Positions 1 to 9,740 of a DNA stretch of 41,291 bases are shown here, piece after piece. Source of the DNA: a virus (Duplodnaviria; Heunggongvirae; Uroviricota; Caudoviricetes). Where the stretch lies: the IMG/VR virus record IMGVR_UViG_2537562194_000035; one strand, 5' to 3'. A program made the translations under genes and the position numbers. Position 1 is the stretch's first letter; each line of letters starts with the position of its first letter. The notes under the pieces were generated by a model that searched no databases, was not told where the DNA came from, and saw nothing but the letters and a program-made list of their open reading frames with translations.

Positions 1-585
1 TTACGCACCAGCCTTTTTCTGGGTTACATTTAAATGATTAACCTTAGCTTCACATTCTTCATAAATCTCTCTTACAGTATCATCGGGTAACTCTTGTAGA
101 CTCAATGCTAGTGCTCTTTTGACTCCGCTCAATGAGTGCAGTTTTTGAATATCTGTATCAAGCAAAACGGTTAGTAGTTCGGCCCCTTTTCTGATCAATA
201 AGTTGGACAAAATCTCTTGTTCAGATGAAGTTAGCGAGTCCCACGCCCTCATGATGATGGAATCACTATCATCAATTCTTTGTTTTTTTGTTCTTTTTGT
301 TTGTTCAATTGGTTCTTTTTTCATGCTTGGCTCATCACCATAACCATTGACTAGCCACTCCATAGATACATGTTCTCTTTCTGCAATGTTCTGGAGATGG
401 TGCTTTCTTGGTTGTGGTGGCGGCTGATTGTTTCTCCTTTTGTAGTAGTTCTGCAATGTCTGAACGTTTATTCCCCATGCTCTAGCCGCCTCACTTCTCG
501 ATTTGTAACGCTCTGCAAGACGAAAAATCCGTTCGATCACTGGTTCTTTTCCTTCGTCGAGAAAAGAACTGTTTTTCATGTTCAT
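1..585 (-). CDS. Prophage immunity repressor, CI-type HTH (motif ...SMEWLVNGYG), divergent from ner/A
   Basis: Minus-strand ORF ending at window position 1-3. Start placed at ATG 583-585 (MNMKNSS...) with an AGGAA Shine-Dalgarno upstream; the track ORF extends to 714 but that N-terminal extension is AT-rich intergenic. Position matches Mu repressor c. Confidence 0.7.
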   Translation of the reverse strand: MNMKNSSFLDEGKEPVIERIFRLAERYKSRSEAARAWGINVQTLQNYYKRRNNQPPPQPRKHHLQNIAEREHVSMEWLVNGYGDEPSMKKEPIEQTKRTKKQRIDDSDSIIMRAWDSLTSSEQEILSNLLIRKGAELLTVLLDTDIQKLHSLSGVKRALALSLQELPDDTVREIYEECEAKVNHLNVTQKKAGA

Positions 586-752
586 GCTCTCAGGTTCCTT
601 TGTATTTATCTTATTGATATTAATAACAAAAACACCGCAAAGAATAAAAAGAACAAAATACCTTGATTTGGTTCTTTTGTTTGTTCTATTATTTACCCGT
701 ACAGATATCCGCACGAATATCCGCGCGGGTAACTTTTTAGAATAGAGGAAGT
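586..752. promoter_or_regulatory. Repressor/ner divergent operator-promoter region (early promoter and repressor promoter equivalents)
   Basis: AT-rich 167-bp gap between divergent repressor and ner; contains direct repeat ATATCCGC x2 (about 703-722) and several AACAAAA-type repeats. Operator positions not resolved. Confidence 0.5.
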
Positions 753-1001
753 ATGAGTAGAAGAGAAGTTTCAGATCACGATTGGCCGCCTGAAATCATC
801 AAGGCGCGCTTACACATGGCTGGCTTATCACTGCGCTCTTTATCTTTAAAGGCTGGTTACAGCAGGGATTCGCTGAAAAGCGTATTACGTACTCCTTGCC
901 GACCGTATCAGCAAATAATTGCTGATGCTCTTGGGGTATCGCCTGAAGAAATCTGGCCCAGTCGATACCAGGTTAAGAGCTATATGAGAAAGGCGTCATG
1001 A
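753..1001 (+). CDS. ner: Ner-like DNA-binding protein (Ner/Nlp family)
   Basis: 82-aa ORF first in early operon with GAGGAAG SD; C-terminal ...IIADALGVSPEEIWPSRYQ closely resembles Mu Ner. Confidence 0.85.
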   Translation: MSRREVSDHDWPPEIIKARLHMAGLSLRSLSLKAGYSRDSLKSVLRTPCRPYQQIIADALGVSPEEIWPSRYQVKSYMRKAS

Positions 1002-1002
1002 T

Positions 1003-3093
1003 ATGTATGTCATTGCAAAAGAACTGATTGGCGCGCCCGGAATGCCTGCTACAACAAAAGGTATTCGCCAGGCATTACAACGTTACGTACAAGGGAAAAG
1101 CTGTTGTTCCCGTCGTCGCTCAGGCTCTAAAGCAACTGAATACAGCATCGACTGTTTACCTGAAGTGACGCAGCAGGCATTACGTGAACGCTACGCCCTG
1201 CAACTGATGACTCAAAAAGTCGATGAATCACCGGCTCCAGTGGTGACAAAGGCCAGACGCTCGCCTGCCGTGGTTGATGCGGTGGAGGCATATCGCGGAT
1301 CACCACAACTGATGGTCGAACGCCTTAATGCCCTGACTGAAAACCAGCGCCAGGTGGCTGATGCACGAATCGCGATCGTCAGCGAAGTTCTGAAAGTCGC
1401 GCAACAACCTGGTTTCAGCTGTGCGAAGGCTATCCGGTTTATCGTTGACAACCTGGCACGTTCGCAGCTGGACGAGCGCATTGTGGCAATGGTTGAGACG
1501 GCGAACGCCAAAAAGGGAAACAGCCGCGCGTTAAGTGAAATCACGCTGAAACGCTGGATTGCGGCCTTTAACAAGGCGCAGAACGCCGCTGAACGCCTGC
1601 TTTTACTGGCACCGGGTAAGCGCCAGGAAATAAAAGCCGAAGATATTAACTGGCTGCCCGAATTTCTGGCGCAGTATCGCCAGTCAAACGGCCGACCAAT
1701 GACCGAGGCTTACGAGGATTTTGTCGCTGAATGGCAGCACCGGCACGCTGATGAGCCTTATATGCTCGATATCATGCCGTCTTATGACACCATTCGCCGC
1801 GCAATGAAGAAACTGCCGGAAGTGGTGAAACAAAAAGGCCGGGTGACCGGCAGTGAATACCGCCAGCTTGAGGGATTCACGCGCCGCGACTGGTCCAGAA
1901 TGCCGGTGAATTATGTCTGGATTGGTGACGGTCACGGCATGAAGCTGAAATGCGCACACCCGGTTCACGGTCGGCCATTTGCACCGGAAGTGACCTTTGT
2001 TATCGACGGTGGCACGCGCTTTGTGGTGGGCTGGAGCCTTGACCTGGCTGAAAATGTTTTCGCCGTAGCCGGTGCCATACAGCACGGCATTCGCCATCAC
2101 GGCAAACCGTTTCTGTATTACTCGGATAACGGCTCCGGGGAAACCGCCGACATCCTGGATAAGGAGGTTGTGGGGATACTGCCGCGACTGGGGATTAATC
2201 ACCCGACCGGGATTGCCGGTAATCCGCAGGGACGAGGCATTATCGAACGGCTTAACCGCACATTACCGATGCGCATAGCCCGTAAATACCGCACCTATTT
2301 CGGGAAAGGTGCAGATCGCGAGACGTTACGCAAAACCAACCGCGATTTACGCTCGGCATTTACTGCCCTGCAACAGGGCAAACGGCTGAACGCCCGGCAG
2401 CAGTCAGCGATGCGTGATTTACCGTCCTGGTCTGAACTGATTGATGCCATTCGTGACGGTGTTGAGTGGTACAACAACCGGCCGCACGATGAATTACCGG
2501 TGAAGCCGAACGGCAAGCATTACAGCCCGGCGGAGTTCAGAAAAAAACGCCTGGCGGAAGAGGACACGGAAATTGAATGGCTGTCCGATGTTGAGCTGCG
2601 GGATATGTTCCGGCCGATGGTGGAACGCCCTGTAAGACGCTGTGAAATACGCTGGCTGAATAATATTTACTACGCGCCCGAGCTGCGTGACGAGCATGGC
2701 CGTAAGGTGCTTATCAGCTATGACATTCATGATGCCGAACGAATTACCGTACGTCGCCTGGATGGCAGCGTGATTTGCGAGGCGGTATGGGACGGCAATA
2801 AACGCGAAGCCTTCCCGGTCAGCGCGGAATACTACAAACAGCAGCAACGCCTTAAAGGCATGCGTAAACGCGCAGAGGAAAAAATCCGTGATGCCGAGGA
2901 TGAGGTTGTCAACGTGCTGGAGCACAAGCCGCAGGAGCCCTGGCTGGAAAACATATACCGCCCTGTGGGTAATACGGTGACCGTTCAGCAACCGGTCGCT
3001 GACGATGAACCTGATGAAGAATACGAGCGTAATTTCCAGCGGGGATTGCAGTTGCTGGAAGCGAAATTAAAAGAAAATGACCCGCTGGCCTGA
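1003..3093 (+). CDS. A: Mu-type DDE transposase A
   Basis: 696-aa ORF directly after ner; size, position and Mu A-like sequence. Confidence 0.9.
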   Translation: MYVIAKELIGAPGMPATTKGIRQALQRYVQGKSCCSRRRSGSKATEYSIDCLPEVTQQALRERYALQLMTQKVDESPAPVVTKARRSPAVVDAVEAYRGSPQLMVERLNALTENQRQVADARIAIVSEVLKVAQQPGFSCAKAIRFIVDNLARSQLDERIVAMVETANAKKGNSRALSEITLKRWIAAFNKAQNAAERLLLLAPGKRQEIKAEDINWLPEFLAQYRQSNGRPMTEAYEDFVAEWQHRHADEPYMLDIMPSYDTIRRAMKKLPEVVKQKGRVTGSEYRQLEGFTRRDWSRMPVNYVWIGDGHGMKLKCAHPVHGRPFAPEVTFVIDGGTRFVVGWSLDLAENVFAVAGAIQHGIRHHGKPFLYYSDNGSGETADILDKEVVGILPRLGINHPTGIAGNPQGRGIIERLNRTLPMRIARKYRTYFGKGADRETLRKTNRDLRSAFTALQQGKRLNARQQSAMRDLPSWSELIDAIRDGVEWYNNRPHDELPVKPNGKHYSPAEFRKKRLAEEDTEIEWLSDVELRDMFRPMVERPVRRCEIRWLNNIYYAPELRDEHGRKVLISYDIHDAERITVRRLDGSVICEAVWDGNKREAFPVSAEYYKQQQRLKGMRKRAEEKIRDAEDEVVNVLEHKPQEPWLENIYRPVGNTVTVQQPVADDEPDEEYERNFQRGLQLLEAKLKENDPLA

Positions 3094-3164
3094 AATAAAA
3101 AAATAACCCGAGCGGCGACTCAGGTTATTTGATTAAACAAGGTATCAAATGAGAGGTTAATAAT

Positions 3165-4097
3165 ATGACTGATATTAACGATGTAATCAAGACCATTGAT
3201 GAACTTATTGATGGCGGCGTACTGACGCAGTATGCCATCGCCAGAGAGGCGGGAATTTCCGACGGCACATTATCGGCTTTCCGCAAGGGGAAATATAAAG
3301 GCGATAACGCCGCTGTGGCTGCTTCCCTGCGTTCCTGGTATGAAAACTGGAATAAACAAAGCGCACTGCCGGAACCGCCGCAGTTTGTGGAAACGCAGAC
3401 AGTCCAGGAGCTGCGCGCACTGTTTCAGGCGGTTCGTCTGATGGGCTGTATTAACGTTATTGTGGGCGTACCGGGTGTGGGTAAAACGGCCACTGCCCGT
3501 AATTACTGCCAGGAGCAACCAAACACCTGGATGATCACCCTGTCACCCGCGCACTCCAGCGTCACGGAGTGTCTGCTGGAGCTGGCCGATGCGCTGGGGA
3601 TTGATTACACCCGCGCGAACAAAGGGGCATTATCCCGCGCCATCCGCCGTCGCCTGATGGGAACGCGTGGACTGGTGATTGTGGATGAGGCGGATCATCT
3701 GGGTATTGACGGTCTGGAGCAACTCCGGGCAATTCAGGACGCCACGGGGATCGGGATGGTGCTTATTGGTAACCCGCGCGGATTGTTTAAAGGTGGACGC
3801 CGCGCCTTTGATGATTTATCGCGCCTGTTCAGCCGTCTTGCCCGTACAAAACAACTTCGCAAGGCCAAAAAGGCGGATGTGCTGGCCATTGCCAGGGCGT
3901 GGGGGATCAGTGGTGAGGCCGAGCTGGCCGTCATGCAGGCTATCGCTGAAAAGCCGGGAGCGTTACGCGTTCTGACACATACGCTTAACCAGGCGTGGCT
4001 CACCGCCAGCGGTGAAGGCGCGGCGCTGACAGAAAAACATATTAATGCGGCCTTTAAAGAGGTTTATACCAACCCTGAATTACTCTCACAGGTGTGA
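3165..4097 (+). CDS. B: Transposition target-DNA activator B (AAA+ ATPase)
   Basis: 310 aa; Walker A GVPGVGKT, Walker B VIVDEADHL; strong similarity to Mu B along its length. Confidence 0.9.
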   Translation: MTDINDVIKTIDELIDGGVLTQYAIAREAGISDGTLSAFRKGKYKGDNAAVAASLRSWYENWNKQSALPEPPQFVETQTVQELRALFQAVRLMGCINVIVGVPGVGKTATARNYCQEQPNTWMITLSPAHSSVTECLLELADALGIDYTRANKGALSRAIRRRLMGTRGLVIVDEADHLGIDGLEQLRAIQDATGIGMVLIGNPRGLFKGGRRAFDDLSRLFSRLARTKQLRKAKKADVLAIARAWGISGEAELAVMQAIAEKPGALRVLTHTLNQAWLTASGEGAALTEKHINAAFKEVYTNPELLSQV

Positions 4098-4099
4098 TT

Positions 4100-4321
4100 A
4101 TGGCGGTATTTAATATTCCTGATATTTACGGACGCTTTTACCTGGTTAATTTCGATAACGTGAAGGTGATTTCACTGGCCGAAAATAAAGAATGTGGCGA
4201 TTTACTTTTTGAATTTAATGACCGCACACGAATGGTGATATCTGCCGGACTTGATCGCGAAGGTGCGACAGACGTTTACAGCGGAATATGCCGTTCTGTT
4301 GGTGCGAAACAAGTCAGCTAA
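4100..4321 (+). CDS. Small early protein, Kil-like by position and size
   Basis: 73-aa ORF immediately after B, as kil is in Mu; no sequence motif confirmed. ATG 4100 preferred over the overlapping GTG 4094. Confidence 0.45.
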   Translation: MAVFNIPDIYGRFYLVNFDNVKVISLAENKECGDLLFEFNDRTRMVISAGLDREGATDVYSGICRSVGAKQVS

Positions 4322-4333
4322 ATGAGGTGTTAT

Positions 4334-4588
4334 ATGAATATGCAATCCTGCGGTAACAAAATGAATTTATTCGACTCCCTGAACAGCGCGCGCCGTCTGA
4401 CCGAACTTGCCGGTGCGGTACTGGAACGCAGTAAGCGCTATCCGCAACGTTTTGCACTGAAAACCACGCCGCCGGTAGGCAACGTGCAGGGAACCGGTGA
4501 AATTGAAATCACCATACAGACCAACGGCCTGCGCCGCCGTGTGAAGGCCACCCGCATCAGCGGCTGCACGGTTTACTGGGAGGTGTGA
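4334..4588 (+). CDS. Hypothetical early protein
   Basis: ORF with GAGGTG SD before ATG 4334 (track start 4322 also possible). Confidence 0.5.
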   Translation: MNMQSCGNKMNLFDSLNSARRLTELAGAVLERSKRYPQRFALKTTPPVGNVQGTGEIEITIQTNGLRRRVKATRISGCTVYWEV

Positions 4589-4589
4589 G

Positions 4590-4871
4590 GTGAAAAAAAA
4601 TCTCATTGCATGGGCGTGGTCGAGTGGTCTTATTGAGTTTGGTTACGTCCTGCCGGAAGGTGCATTGCCGATAGTTGCCGGAAAGCCTGCCACGGTACGG
4701 CATGTGATTGAGGTTATGGCGCGTCATGGACGTGATGAACAGGAGCAGTTACTGGTTCCGGGGATACCGGAAGCGGTGACGGAGGAAGAAGCCTTTAATG
4801 CCATGATTCGGTTCTGCCGTGAGGTCAGACGCCGGGTCAGTTATCCAAACAGAACGAGGACCAGAGGATGA
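4590..4871 (+). CDS. Hypothetical early protein
   Basis: 93-aa ORF, GTG start preceded by GGGAGG; tightly packed in the early operon. Confidence 0.5.
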   Translation: MKKNLIAWAWSSGLIEFGYVLPEGALPIVAGKPATVRHVIEVMARHGRDEQEQLLVPGIPEAVTEEEAFNAMIRFCREVRRRVSYPNRTRTRG

Positions 4872-5140
4872 GTAAAGTCGTACGCATTATTTTCGAATAC
4901 AAGGAGCACGTTATCCATAAAAACGCTGATGGAACAGTGCGCATGGGGGTAAGTCTGGACATACGTTCAACCGGGATAAAGCAGAAAGGTGATGGACCCG
5001 CCATGATTTTTGGGGTGGTTATGCTCGCGGAAAGCAGAGACTTTGCTGAACTTGTGGCAATGAAAGCCAGTGCGCTCATGAAAGATATGAGCATGCGTTC
5101 CGGGGTTATTAAAGGTAATGAATTTAATCAGCAGGGGTAA
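4868..5140 (+). CDS. Hypothetical early protein, paralogue 1 (N-term MSKVVRIIFEYKEH)
   Basis: ORF with GAGGA SD; N-terminus near-identical to the next gene. Confidence 0.6.
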   Translation: MSKVVRIIFEYKEHVIHKNADGTVRMGVSLDIRSTGIKQKGDGPAMIFGVVMLAESRDFAELVAMKASALMKDMSMRSGVIKGNEFNQQG

Positions 5141-5144
5141 TTCC

Positions 5145-5438
5145 ATGAGCAAAGTACGCGTTATTTTTGAATTTAAGCATGTTTCGCATGACGAAAAACC
5201 GGCAGGCAATGACTGTGTTGAAGTGCATGAAAAGATTGGTGTGGATGTAAAAACAGAACGTGATACGAATAACAGGCCGACGTCACTCTGTGGCGTTTAT
5301 GCAAGTATTCTCCAGTATCACAGTCCTGAAATTATTCAGTTTCTCTCAGCGGAATTTCAGGCATCTGTACAGGCTTTTGGGGCGGATGCCATCATTAAAC
5401 GCCACCGCGTGCATAAAGCATCAGGCACACTGCAATAA
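5145..5438 (+). CDS. Hypothetical early protein, paralogue 2 (N-term MSKVRVIFEFKHV)
   Basis: ATG 5145 preceded by AGGGG; track ORF starts upstream at 5118 but the paralogous N-terminus begins at 5145. Confidence 0.6.
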   Translation: MSKVRVIFEFKHVSHDEKPAGNDCVEVHEKIGVDVKTERDTNNRPTSLCGVYASILQYHSPEIIQFLSAEFQASVQAFGADAIIKRHRVHKASGTLQ

Positions 5439-5449
5439 GGAAAAACAAA

Positions 5450-5980
5450 ATGGCTAAACGTGTTACAAAATTAAAGGCCGCAGCCGAGGCTGCACCGCAG
5501 ACCCGCGAAGAAGTCAGCCGCGATATCCGTACCCTGGGCGATATTCAGCGAGAGGCGCTACGGCTGGAAACGGCGATGAATGATGAAGTGGCAGAAATCA
5601 CCGCCCGTTATACGCCGCAGATTGAAAACCTTAAAAAAGAAATCAAAGTGCTTTTTAAGGGGATTCAGGACTGGTGCAAAACCAACCGCGATGAGCTGAC
5701 GAACGGCGGCAAAACCAAAACAGCCAATCTGACCACCGGAACAGTGTCATGGCGGCTGGGAAATCCATCATGCAGCGTCAGCCGTGATGTGGAAGGTGTG
5801 ATTGAAATGCTGCGCCGTATGGGGCTTGAGCGATTCATCCGCACGAAAGAGGAAGTGAACAAGGAAGCGGTCCTAGCGGAGCCGGATGCAGTGAAAGGCA
5901 TTGCCGGTATTAAGGTGAATAAAGGCGCTGAAAGTTTTTATGTCGAGCCTTTTGAACAGGACGCCGGACTGAATAAATAA
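5450..5980 (+). CDS. gam: Host-nuclease inhibitor Gam (Ku-like DNA-end binding)
   Basis: 176 aa with extensive similarity to Mu Gam (e.g. ...NRDELTNGGKTKTANL..., ...FIRTKEEVNKEA..., C-terminal PFEQDAG). Confidence 0.9.
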   Translation: MAKRVTKLKAAAEAAPQTREEVSRDIRTLGDIQREALRLETAMNDEVAEITARYTPQIENLKKEIKVLFKGIQDWCKTNRDELTNGGKTKTANLTTGTVSWRLGNPSCSVSRDVEGVIEMLRRMGLERFIRTKEEVNKEAVLAEPDAVKGIAGIKVNKGAESFYVEPFEQDAGLNK

Positions 5981-6077
5981 CACCGCATTAAATCTTTAAA
6001 TATCACATCGTTTTAAGTATGGCGCTCGCGTCAGGGGACTGCCTGCGCCTGTAAACTGAAAATAAGGAACAGGATAT

Positions 6078-6620
6078 ATGGCATATTTTTATTTCAAATT
6101 AGACCGTGTGCAGACAAATAAATATTTCACCAAATATCAACAGACTGTTTTACCGCTACGCAACAGTATTCTTCGGGCATTACTGAAAAATACAGGCGCT
6201 GCCGGATTGCGCTTAAAGCCGTTTGCCATGGACGTAATCAGTGAGTTTTATTTTTCTGGTGCTCTGCCTGCGGGCTGGCGTAAGCGCGATGATGTGGCTT
6301 TTATCGGGGACGGACCGTGCTTTATTGCCAGACCTGATGAGTCATGCCCTGAAGGACCGGCGATTGCCGCAATGATTGAAGCCGCTGAACGCGAGTTAAG
6401 AAAGCGTCCTGATTTCCTTGTCTGGCTCTGTGAAAAGCTGGGGGTAATGAGAATCCCCTCCATGTTTAACATGGACTCCTGGTGGACCCCGTCGCTCTCC
6501 CGTGATGCCCTGTGCGTGGTGTTTAAAGTAGGCGCTTATGGCAGGGAAATAAAAGGGGGTATTCCTGAAGAATGCCAGGAGATTAAACATTCTGAATATG
6601 TGGCGCTGACGGAGGAATAA
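6078..6620 (+). CDS. Hypothetical protein, first gene of coupled early block
   Basis: 180-aa ORF with AAGGAACAGG SD after a 97-bp gap; no motif recognised. Confidence 0.55.
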   Translation: MAYFYFKLDRVQTNKYFTKYQQTVLPLRNSILRALLKNTGAAGLRLKPFAMDVISEFYFSGALPAGWRKRDDVAFIGDGPCFIARPDESCPEGPAIAAMIEAAERELRKRPDFLVWLCEKLGVMRIPSMFNMDSWWTPSLSRDALCVVFKVGAYGREIKGGIPEECQEIKHSEYVALTEE

Positions 6621-6623
6621 TTC

Positions 6624-7157
6624 ATGATTGGTGCAAAAGTGCTTGAAGGGGTTAAAAACTGGCTGAGTATTTACGGGCGTCTGACCTGCGGCATTCTGGC
6701 TGAAAAAATGAATATGCCGCCATCCTCGATGGTTTATTTTCTGCGTGATGCGGTCGATGCCGGGGTGCTGACGGAATGTAACGGTTTTTATGATATTCCG
6801 CGTCCCCGCCCGGTGCAGCCGGTTCGTCGCAAATGCAGCCAGGAAGGTGCGGCTGATGATGTTCAGTGGTGCAGCTTCAGAAAATCCCTGCCGTGGATTG
6901 AGGGGCATGATATTCCGTCAATGGCGTGGGAATTTGCTCAGGGCGTTCTGACCTGTGAAACCGTTTATGTGGTGGCTGAAGTTGATGAGCAGGCCATGAA
7001 AGAAGGCGTGCCCCAGTTTGTGATGGCGTATATCGACATACGCCTGGGTGTCATTATCTGCGGTTTAAGCGGCTGGAATATCACCTCGCGCGTTCTGCGT
7101 TACCTGATTGTTGACCGGACGGCCGCGCCTGCCGGGATATCTGCGGAGGTGGCGTAA
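6624..7157 (+). CDS. Hypothetical protein
   Basis: 177-aa ORF starting 4 nt after the previous stop. Confidence 0.55.
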   Translation: MIGAKVLEGVKNWLSIYGRLTCGILAEKMNMPPSSMVYFLRDAVDAGVLTECNGFYDIPRPRPVQPVRRKCSQEGAADDVQWCSFRKSLPWIEGHDIPSMAWEFAQGVLTCETVYVVAEVDEQAMKEGVPQFVMAYIDIRLGVIICGLSGWNITSRVLRYLIVDRTAAPAGISAEVA

Positions 7158-7672
7158 TGTTCTTTAAAACATCAAACCCTTCCGCGCTGGCCGCGTGGCA
7201 AAAATATCAGCAGGACTGCCAGAAAGTTAAGGATGAGGCAAAACGCCTTGAGGCCGTGCTGAATGTTGCGTGCCGGTCGGTATTTGTATCCGGTATCAGT
7301 GGCTTTTGTTTTAAAGGGCTGCGCTTTATGGATGACAAATATCCTTTTCATCGCGACTTATGGCGAAAACCGACTGCGTCGAATGGCTGGAGCTGCACAC
7401 CGCGCACATCACGTATTCCCAAAGCCCTGCGCGTTGCCTCTGACGAACTTAACAGTCTGTGGCGTGAATATTCGCCCGTCACGTATGCCAGAACCGATGC
7501 ACTGTTGTTCTGGCTGGGTATTGATTTCTCGGCAATCATGTTTGGCCCTGTGAAGTGGTTCTGCGTTGACGATGTGATTTACCTTGAGTGCGGCGTAAAA
7601 CCCGCAAATCAGAAAATGACCGAAATTCTGTCTGATGAGTTTTATGCTGCTGAAAAGCGAGTCAGGGGGTGA
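7157..7672 (+). CDS. Hypothetical protein
   Basis: 171-aa ORF; start overlaps the previous stop. Confidence 0.55.
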   Translation: MFFKTSNPSALAAWQKYQQDCQKVKDEAKRLEAVLNVACRSVFVSGISGFCFKGLRFMDDKYPFHRDLWRKPTASNGWSCTPRTSRIPKALRVASDELNSLWREYSPVTYARTDALLFWLGIDFSAIMFGPVKWFCVDDVIYLECGVKPANQKMTEILSDEFYAAEKRVRG

Positions 7673-7675
7673 TGC

Positions 7676-8227
7676 ATGATGATATTACAACCCATGGGGA
7701 GAAAAGGCCGTGCACCCGCTCATGTTCGCGCATGGACACCTGAAGAAGATGCGCTGCTGATTGCGCTTTATCCATCCACCCCGGTTAAGGATATTGCTGT
7801 CAGGATAAAAAGAAGTTTCTGGGGTGTACATAACCGGATTGTTTTATTACGCGGTACTTACCCGGAGTTGCTCAAATGCAAACGCCTCAGATTTAAACCT
7901 GATGAAGATAAATTTATCCGAAAAAATGCCAGAACAATGACCGGTAAGCAAATAGGAGAATATCTGGGGCGAGACCGGGATTCTGTCCACAATCGGGCGC
8001 GATATATTGGCGTAAGCATGAAAAAATACGGAGAGTTGCTGCCCTTCACCCGCATACCTGACGATGATGTTCGTCTTATTCGTGAATTACGGGATGCTGA
8101 ATCACCACGGCGTCTTACCTTTAGGGAAATCGGCGAGAAATTTGAATTATCCGAGGGCACGGTGAGTTTTATTTATCACCGTCGTCGGACTGCCGAAGAT
8201 GTTGTATTACGGGAATTAATGCCATGA
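7676..8227 (+). CDS. Putative DNA-binding protein with three tandem HTH/Myb-like repeats
   Basis: 183 aa; three repeats of a W/F-x-P-E/D-E-D...helix pattern (WTPEEDALLIALY..., FKPDEDKFIRKN..., IPDDDVRLIRELR...LTFREIGEKFELSEGTVSFI). Confidence 0.5.
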   Translation: MMILQPMGRKGRAPAHVRAWTPEEDALLIALYPSTPVKDIAVRIKRSFWGVHNRIVLLRGTYPELLKCKRLRFKPDEDKFIRKNARTMTGKQIGEYLGRDRDSVHNRARYIGVSMKKYGELLPFTRIPDDDVRLIRELRDAESPRRLTFREIGEKFELSEGTVSFIYHRRRTAEDVVLRELMP

Positions 8228-8475
8228 TAACGACATTATTTGTTGAATCAGATGAACCCCTTGTGTGTGCCGTCGGAATGCCGGTCTGTGGCGGAACGCT
8301 GACCGGTGTTTATTTCGGGGATTTGCGCGGTTATCCCTGGCATTCACTGAATGATGCTTTCCCGCCTGATATGGAGGCTGTCGTGCTGATTGTTCAGTAT
8401 GGTGACCAACAGGAACTGCGCATCGGCCATATGGGGTATGAAGGCTTTTTTATTGATGAAGAAACCGGAGCCTGA
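8224..8475 (+). pseudogene. Early gene truncated at its 3' end by the IS629-like insertion
   Basis: Reading frame runs into the IS left terminus, whose TGA supplies the stop. With the IS and one GCC copy removed, the frame continues about 20 codons to a TGA at 9846-9848 overlapping the next gene's ATG. Confidence 0.7.
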
Positions 8476-8526
8476 ACCGCCCCGGAAATCCTGGAGACTA
8501 AACTCCCTGAGAAAGAGGTAAACAGG

Positions 8527-8853
8527 ATGACTAAAAATACTCGTTTTTCCCCCGAAGTCCGTCAGCGGGCGATTCGTATGGTTCTGGAAAGTCAGGATGA
8601 ATATGACTCACAGTGGGCGGCAATTTGTTCCATTGCCCCAAAGATTGGCTGTACGCCGGAGACTCTGCGTGTCTGGGTTCGCCAGCATGAGCGGGATACC
8701 GGGGGCGGTGATGGTGGGCTCACCAGCGCTGAACGTCAGCGTCTGAAAGAGCTGGAACGTGAAAATCGTGAACTGCGCCGCAGTAACGATATCCTTCGCC
8801 AGGCTTCCGCTTATTTTGCGAAGGCGGAGTTCGACCGCCTCTGGAAAAAATGA
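8527..8853 (+). CDS. IS629-like transposase OrfA (HTH, leucine-zipper region)
   Basis: 108 aa, [22 protein letters not shown]..., recognised from memory as IS629/IS1203 OrfA. Confidence 0.9.
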   Translation: MTKNTRFSPEVRQRAIRMVLESQDEYDSQWAAICSIAPKIGCTPETLRVWVRQHERDTGGGDGGLTSAERQRLKELERENRELRRSNDILRQASAYFAKAEFDRLWKK

Positions 8854-9740
8854 TGCCACTGCTGGATAAGCTGCGTGAGCAGTACGGGGTCGGACCGGTA
8901 TGCAGCGAACTGCATATTGCCCCGTCAACGTATTACCATTGTCAGCAACAGCGACATCATCCGGATAAACGCAGTGCCCGTGCGCAGCACGACGACTGGC
9001 TGAAGAGAGAGATACAGCGCGTATACGATGAAAATCATCAGGTGTACGGTGTGCGTAAAGTCTGGCGTCAGTTGTTACGGGAAGGAATCAGGGTGGCCAG
9101 ATGTACAGTGGCACGTCTCATGGCGGTTATGGGACTTGCCGGTGTTCTCCGGGGTAAAAAGGTCCGTACGACCATCAGCCGGAAAGCCGTTGCCGCAGGC
9201 GACCGCGTAAACCGTCAGTTCGTGGCAGAACGACCTGACCAGCTGTGGGTGGCTGATTTTACTTACGTCAGCACATGGCAGGGCTTCGTCTATGTGGCGT
9301 TTATCATTGATGTGTTTGCCGGATACATCGTGGGGTGGCGGGTCTCATCGTCTATGGAAACGACATTCGTGCTGGATGCGCTGGAGCAGGCGTTGTGGGC
9401 CCGTCGTCCGTCTGGCACCATCCATCACAGCGATAAAGGCTCTCAGTATGTGTCACTGGCCTATACGGAGCGACTAAAAGAAGCCGGATTACTGGCATCA
9501 ACAGGGAGTACAGGCGACTCGTATGACAACGCGATGGCTGAGAGCATCAATGGTCTTTACAAAGCGGAGGTAATACACCGTAAGAGCTGGAAAAACCGTG
9601 CAGAAGTGGAACTGGCCACACTAACGTGGGTGGACTGGTATAACAATCGACGATTGCTGGGAAGGCTGGGCCATACTCCTCCGGCAGAAGCAGAAAAAGC
9701 TTATTATGCTTCCATCGGAAACGATGATCTGGCAGCCTGA
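8850..9740 (+). CDS. IS629-like transposase OrfB (DDE catalytic domain)
   Basis: 296 aa; overlaps orfA at an A6 run (8845-8850), a likely programmed -1 frameshift site for an OrfAB fusion. Confidence 0.9.
   Translation: MMPLLDKLREQYGVGPVCSELHIAPSTYYHCQQQRHHPDKRSARAQHDDWLKREIQRVYDENHQVYGVRKVWRQLLREGIRVARCTVARLMAVMGLAGVLRGKKVRTTISRKAVAAGDRVNRQFVAERPDQLWVADFTYVSTWQGFVYVAFIIDVFAGYIVGWRVSSSMETTFVLDALEQALWARRPSGTIHHSDKGSQYVSLAYTERLKEAGLLASTGSTGDSYDNAMAESINGLYKAEVIHRKSWKNRAEVELATLTWVDWYNNRRLLGRLGHTPPAEAEKAYYASIGNDDLAA

Noticed and set aside
1212-2991. Minus-strand ORFs (1212-1574, 1684-2202, 2494-2991) inside the transposase A gene
   Set aside because: Antisense to a confidently identified long gene; Arg/Ala-rich translations typical of spurious GC-rich antisense frames; no SD.
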